Below, piece after piece: positions 59,513 to 64,000 of a stretch of DNA of 64,000 bases. The stretch lies in assembly GCA_902580765.1 (NCBI GenBank), contig CACHLW010000001.1, positions 41,143 to 105,142 of the forward strand, in the 5' to 3' direction. The DNA is from an uncultured Alphaproteobacteria bacterium. Its GTDB lineage: Bacteria; Pseudomonadota; Alphaproteobacteria; HIMB59; GCA-002718135. Within the stretch, counting starts at the first letter, position 1; each line of letters begins with the position of its first letter. Under the pieces are notes generated by a model. That model had not been told where the DNA came from, did not search any database, and saw only the letters and a program-made list of their open reading frames with translations. The position numbers and the translations under genes were made by a program.

Positions 59513-59932
59513 TTACTCACCTATATAACTAAGAATTATTTTTCTTTTGTATTTACTGTACCTGTGTTCAATTAGATATATTCCCTGCCACATCCCTAAT
59601 TTCATTTCTTTATTGTTTATAGGAATTGTTAATGAGGTTTGAGTAAGCATAGATTTTATGTGAGCAGGCATATCATCATCTCCTTCATAACCGTGTTTAT
59701 ATAATGAAGCATCTTCAGGAACTATTCTTTGAAAAAAAGAATTAATATCATCTAATACATCTGGGCTAGCATTTTCCATTATTGTTAATGAAGCAGAAGT
59801 GTGTTGTATAAATAAATTTAGCTGACCTTTAATTATATTATTTTTTAGAATCCAATCATGAACATTATTTGTAATTTCATACATTCCCTGTCCATTATTA
59901 GAAATTATCAATTCATCTTGTAGATTTAACAT
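59513..59932 (-). CDS. YjbQ/UPF0047 family (secondary thiamine-phosphate synthase) protein
   Basis: 139 aa. IQHTSASLTIMENASPDVLDD and DDMPAHIKSML are family hallmarks. Confidence 0.85.
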   Translation of the reverse strand: MLNLQDELIISNNGQGMYEITNNVHDWILKNNIIKGQLNLFIQHTSASLTIMENASPDVLDDINSFFQRIVPEDASLYKHGYEGDDDMPAHIKSMLTQTSLTIPINNKEMKLGMWQGIYLIEHRYSKYKRKIILSYIGE

Positions 59933-59954
59933 TTTCTAATCTTAAAATGAAGTC

Positions 59955-60028
59955 GTGGCACCTACAAGGAGAATTATAATGAAAATTAATGTTATGAAAA
60001 AAAGAACTATTCTTTTAATAAGTGCCAC
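59955..60028. repeat. Inverted repeat GTGGCAC / GTGCCAC (7 bp perfect) with a 60-nt spacer
   Basis: Read directly. The arms are at 59955-59961 and 60022-60028. They enclose AAGGAG (59966-59971) and a 21-codon mini-ORF (59979-60044). It lies in the second longest intergenic spacer. Confidence 0.4.
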
Positions 60029-60125
60029 AATCTTTAAAATATAATCAAATTTTGTTTTAATAGAGATATAAATAAGGAAAAATTGTGTTATGATTATCCT
60101 AATTCTTTTTAGCTAGGAATATTAT

Positions 60126-61016
60126 TTGTTAAACAATAATCAATTTGCAATTTTTTTAATTATTATATCAATTATTTTTGGTACTCTTATGGGTACATTT
60201 ATAAAATTAGCTCAAGAAGAATTAAATGTATTTACAACTGGTTTTTTACGTTTTTTCTTTGGATTTTTAATCATCATCCCTTACATTTTAAAAACAAAAT
60301 TTGAAGTATTTAGTACAAAAAATTTAAAAATTCATATTTTACGGTCAGTACTTAACTTACCTGCAATGCTACTAGGTTTTGCAGCTTTAGCTATGCTTCC
60401 ATTAGAGAAAATGACAGCCATTCATTTTATAGTTCCTATCATTGTTACAATCTTAGCTGTGATATTTTTAAAAGAAAAAATCTATTTGTATAGGTCAATT
60501 GCATTAGTGATGGGTTTTCTAGGAATGTTAATAATATTGCGACCCGGTATTATAGATATTTCTATTGGAATATATATGGCGCTTATTTCATCGCTAATTT
60601 GGTCAGTAGTTATAATTTTAACTAAAAAAGTATCTAAGGATGATAGTGCTATAACAATATTATCACACCAGTATGTTTATATGAGTCTTTTTTCATTTCC
60701 ATTAGTTATATATTTTTGGAATCAGCCAAGCTTAAAAACAATTATTTTTATATTATGTGCTGCAATGTCAGGAACTATATTACATATTGCATTAAATCAT
60801 GCATATAAATTAGTTGATGTAACTATGACTCAACCTTATTCATTTTTAGGATTAGTAGTTTCATCAATAATTGGATATTTTGTCTTTAGTGATAAACCTG
60901 ATTTTTATACCTGGTTAGGTGCTTCTGTAATTTTTTGTGGTGTGCTTCTAATTTCTTACAGAGAACTTCAATTAAATAAAGAAATTACAAGAAAGAGATT
61001 AAATATTAATTCATAA
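60126..61016 (+). CDS. DMT-superfamily (EamA) transporter
   Basis: 296 aa with a TTG start in the track, so the start is uncertain. FLKEKIYLYRSIALVMGFLGMLIILRPGI. Confidence 0.8.
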   Translation: MLNNNQFAIFLIIISIIFGTLMGTFIKLAQEELNVFTTGFLRFFFGFLIIIPYILKTKFEVFSTKNLKIHILRSVLNLPAMLLGFAALAMLPLEKMTAIHFIVPIIVTILAVIFLKEKIYLYRSIALVMGFLGMLIILRPGIIDISIGIYMALISSLIWSVVIILTKKVSKDDSAITILSHQYVYMSLFSFPLVIYFWNQPSLKTIIFILCAAMSGTILHIALNHAYKLVDVTMTQPYSFLGLVVSSIIGYFVFSDKPDFYTWLGASVIFCGVLLISYRELQLNKEITRKRLNINS

Positions 61017-61058
61017 TATTAATATTTAACATCGTTAGATTATGTGTATTATTAGTAA

Positions 61059-62306
61059 ATGCAAAATAATTATTTTTATAAATGGATAGATAGTAATAAA
61101 GATGATGAAATAAATAGTTTCAAAGAATGTATCGATTCATATATTTATTTTAAGAAAGATGCTTTTTATAAAACTAACAAATTAATTAAAAAAAAACCAG
61201 AATTTAATGCTCCAAAATTATTAAAAATAGTTTTATTGCTTTTTTCTAGAGATGTACAAAAAATTTCATTAGCTAGAGAAACATTCAAATCAATTTCCAC
61301 TGATGAAGTAAATGATTATTTTCATCAATATTTAGAGATAGTAAATCTCTGGATTAAAAATGATTTAAAAAATTTATTAAATAAATTGGAATTAATTATA
61401 AAAGATAATCCCAAAGATATTTTTGCAATCAGATTATTTCATTTTAATAATATTTTCTTGGGTATTGATAGTAAATTTTTAAATAAACATGAGGAAATAC
61501 TAAGTAAGTGGTCTGAAAATGATCAGCATTATAATTTACTATTAGGGATGACTAGCTATGCTTTTGAAGAAAATAATATAATTGATAAAGCTAAGCTTTT
61601 AGCTTTAAATTCACTAAAACAATCATCAAATGATTTATGGAGTTGGCATGCCCTTTTGCATGTACACGATAATGAGAATAACAACTCAATTAATAACAAT
61701 GATAATTTCAATAAAATTAATTGGTCAATTTACGGGCCAATAAAAAGACATATATGGTGGCACCAATCATTAATATTATTCTACAATCAAGAATATGAGA
61801 AAAGTTTAAAACTATTTGATAATTATTTCTCTTCTTCAGAAATTTTTTATTTAGATTTTTGTAATGCTTGTTCTTTTTTATTAAGACTTCATTACAAAGG
61901 AGTGGATGTTAAAGAAAGAATGGATAAATTAAAAGATTATGCTGAATATTTTAAAAATCAACACATACTTCCATTCATTGATTATCATCTTATTTTTTAT
62001 TACTTATACTATAATGACCAAGATTATTTTCAGCAACTTGAAGAGAGAATGGAAGAAAATTATTTAGAAAATTCTTTTAAAGAAAATTATATTAATTACT
62101 TAAAGCCAATCATTCACAGTATGAAAACAAATGAATTTTTGAACGAAAATATAATTAAATCACAATTTAAATACCTTGGAGGTAGTTTTGCTCAACGAGA
62201 ACTTATTTTTTTAAGTTTAATCCAAAATACAAAATATAAAAAAAATAAATCAGATTTAATATCAGAATATAATGATTATAAATCAGTATCTAAATTATAT
62301 GTATAA
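61059..62306 (+). CDS. TPR-like protein, possibly TTC38 family
   Basis: 415 aa, all-helical and repeat-like. The segment ...PKDIFAIRLFH... and ...SSNDLWSWHALLHVHDNE... resembles the conserved D.WA.HA..HV.E block of the TTC38 family as I recall it. Confidence 0.5.
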   Translation: MQNNYFYKWIDSNKDDEINSFKECIDSYIYFKKDAFYKTNKLIKKKPEFNAPKLLKIVLLLFSRDVQKISLARETFKSISTDEVNDYFHQYLEIVNLWIKNDLKNLLNKLELIIKDNPKDIFAIRLFHFNNIFLGIDSKFLNKHEEILSKWSENDQHYNLLLGMTSYAFEENNIIDKAKLLALNSLKQSSNDLWSWHALLHVHDNENNNSINNNDNFNKINWSIYGPIKRHIWWHQSLILFYNQEYEKSLKLFDNYFSSSEIFYLDFCNACSFLLRLHYKGVDVKERMDKLKDYAEYFKNQHILPFIDYHLIFYYLYYNDQDYFQQLEERMEENYLENSFKENYINYLKPIIHSMKTNEFLNENIIKSQFKYLGGSFAQRELIFLSLIQNTKYKKNKSDLISEYNDYKSVSKLYV

Positions 62307-64000
62307 CTCTAAATTTTTGGAAGAAAAATTTATAAAAAATTCAAATAATAATTTTACCTTATTAAAAGATAATCTTTTTTTTCGAAATATAACTTTTCAA
62401 AATTTTCAAATTTTAAAGATGATATCATTTTTGGTAAGAGACAAAAATTGGAATAACTATGATCCTAAAATTATAAATTATGAAGAGAGTTTTGATACAT
62501 CCTTAGAATATATATTCGATTTAGAATATGGTATAGATGAAATTCTTAAAACAAGAAATGTTATATTATTTTCTGATAATTCTATCACTCTATCCTCTGA
62601 AGGAGAATTTTTAACTGATTTTTGGACTAATAGAATAGGTTTTAATTTATTAATTCCATTAAAAAATCATGTTGGTTCAAACATCATTGTAACAAAAGAG
62701 AACGATTTGAAAGAGGAAAAAAAATTTCCAGAAAATATAAAACCTGACCAACCATTTTTTAAATTTAAAAACCTTGCTTATACTTTAGATGATAGTTTGT
62801 TTGTTAATATTAATTTTCAGGGTATTTTATTTGAAATGGAGGATCAAAGAAACTGGGGTGATGCTTCTTACAAAATATATAGTGGTTCTTTATTAAATCC
62901 TTTTCCGTATCTAGAAAAAGGGGGGTCTAATTTCTCTCAAACTGTTAAAATAGATATAGTAAATAAAAAACAAATATCTTTCCCGTCTAAGAATATTGTA
63001 AAAATTGATCATACCACTCCTTATAAATTTCCTAAAATTGGTATAAAAATAGATTCTTTAATTATTCCTGATGATAATTTAATAAATAACTTTGATTATT
63101 ATTACTATCTTATTGATTTTACTGAAGATTTTACAAATGTAACTTCAAGATCTCAGAACAAAGTATTCCTTGTAGCTTTGGTTGATCATACTAATGATCC
63201 TGATGATGAGTTAAAAAAAATTTACAATTTTGTAACTGAAAATACTATTAATTTAGATAAAATTTTAATTTGTCCAAAAATATATTTGAATAGTTTTCAA
63301 CCAGCTGGTGAATGGCCTAAAGCTCCGGAATTAAATGAATACTATAAAATTGCGAAAAAGATATTTTCTAATAGTGAAATTGTTTCTGGAATGGTCACTA
63401 ATTTTACAGAATTAAATAGAAAAAGACCAAAAATGTTTTATGATTTGGTAAGTTTTTCCTTCACTCCAATTGTTCATGATTCTAGTGATTTTGGTGTATT
63501 AAATACACCTGAAACTATACCTTATATCCTTAAAACTCTAAAAAATTTTTCTAATAGTACCAATGTTCATATTGGTCCAATTTCTATTGGTATGCATTTC
63601 AATCCGTATGGTGAAAGTCTTGTAAGTAATAAAAACAAAATAAGATTAGAAATGGCTGATAGCGATCCAAGGCATGATCAATTATTTTCACTAACTTGGA
63701 CACTGGCAATTTTTATTCAATCAATAAATAAAGAATCAAAATTTTTTACTTTTAATTCTATTTATGGGCATCATGGAATATTAAATAAAGATAATACCAA
63801 AAGACCATTGTATCATTTAAATAATTTTCTTATTTCATTAACAAATTCAGAAATTTTTAAATTTAATCCAGTTAACGAAGTGTATGGATTAAAAATCATA
63901 CTAAATGATAAAAATTATTATTTATTTGTCAATTCCTCAAAACAAAAAAAGGATATTAATATTCCTGAAATAAATTTTAGTAATCAATATAAGCTTAATT
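62299..64000 (+). CDS. Large hypothetical protein, N-terminal 567 codons; the 3' end lies outside the window
   Basis: Frame +1 is open from ATG 62299 to the window end with no stop. It is missing from the ORF track, presumably because it has no stop. The start overlaps the upstream stop (ATGTATAA). The translation MYNSKFLEEKFIKNS...DPRHDQLFSLTWTLAIF... matches no family I recognise. Confidence 0.6.
   Translation, partial: MYNSKFLEEKFIKNSNNNFTLLKDNLFFRNITFQNFQILKMISFLVRDKNWNNYDPKIINYEESFDTSLEYIFDLEYGIDEILKTRNVILFSDNSITLSSEGEFLTDFWTNRIGFNLLIPLKNHVGSNIIVTKENDLKEEKKFPENIKPDQPFFKFKNLAYTLDDSLFVNINFQGILFEMEDQRNWGDASYKIYSGSLLNPFPYLEKGGSNFSQTVKIDIVNKKQISFPSKNIVKIDHTTPYKFPKIGIKIDSLIIPDDNLINNFDYYYYLIDFTEDFTNVTSRSQNKVFLVALVDHTNDPDDELKKIYNFVTENTINLDKILICPKIYLNSFQPAGEWPKAPELNEYYKIAKKIFSNSEIVSGMVTNFTELNRKRPKMFYDLVSFSFTPIVHDSSDFGVLNTPETIPYILKTLKNFSNSTNVHIGPISIGMHFNPYGESLVSNKNKIRLEMADSDPRHDQLFSLTWTLAIFIQSINKESKFFTFNSIYGHHGILNKDNTKRPLYHLNNFLISLTNSEIFKFNPVNEVYGLKIILNDKNYYLFVNSSKQKKDINIPEINFSNQYKLN

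Overview
Strongly AT-rich, very gene-dense chromosomal segment with 70 protein-coding calls and 2 tRNAs. Most junctions between genes are 0-70 nt. Gene content and order point to a streamlined marine alphaproteobacterium of the Pelagibacterales (SAR11) type: yajC-secD-secF, uvrA/ssb-gyrA-coaD, recG-sdhE-mfd, and mltB-rlpA-dac-tmk-holB-metG-tatD. I saw no rRNA, CRISPR array, transposase, integrase or prophage genes.

Accessory content of interest:
1. A seven-gene cluster at 5.7-11.7 kb. It combines a GTP cyclohydrolase II-like protein, a stand-alone RibD_C reductase, a creatininase-fold hydrolase, an active-site-variant PTPS/QueD-fold protein, an MDR dehydrogenase, a glycosyltransferase and a methyltransferase. 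I read it as a candidate pathway to an uncharacterised GTP-derived (pterin/pyrimidine-type) metabolite. This is the best candidate for an undescribed system.
2. An mcl-mtkA-mtkB (malyl-CoA lyase / malate thiokinase) module.
3. A PAPS-type sulfotransferase beside tRNA-Ser.
4. A canonical pterin-4a-carbinolamine dehydratase with no hydroxylase partner in view.
5. An unusual density of DMT/EamA transporters (8), including a tandem pair and a transporter-rich block at 51.5-61 kb.
6. Two anomalously long intergenic spacers that both carry a GTGGCAC...GTG(C/T)CAC inverted repeat.
7. A TTC38-like gene translationally coupled to a large open-ended ORF (62299 to the window end) that is missing from the supplied ORF track.

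All functional calls rest on motif and family recognition by eye. No database search or computation was run.
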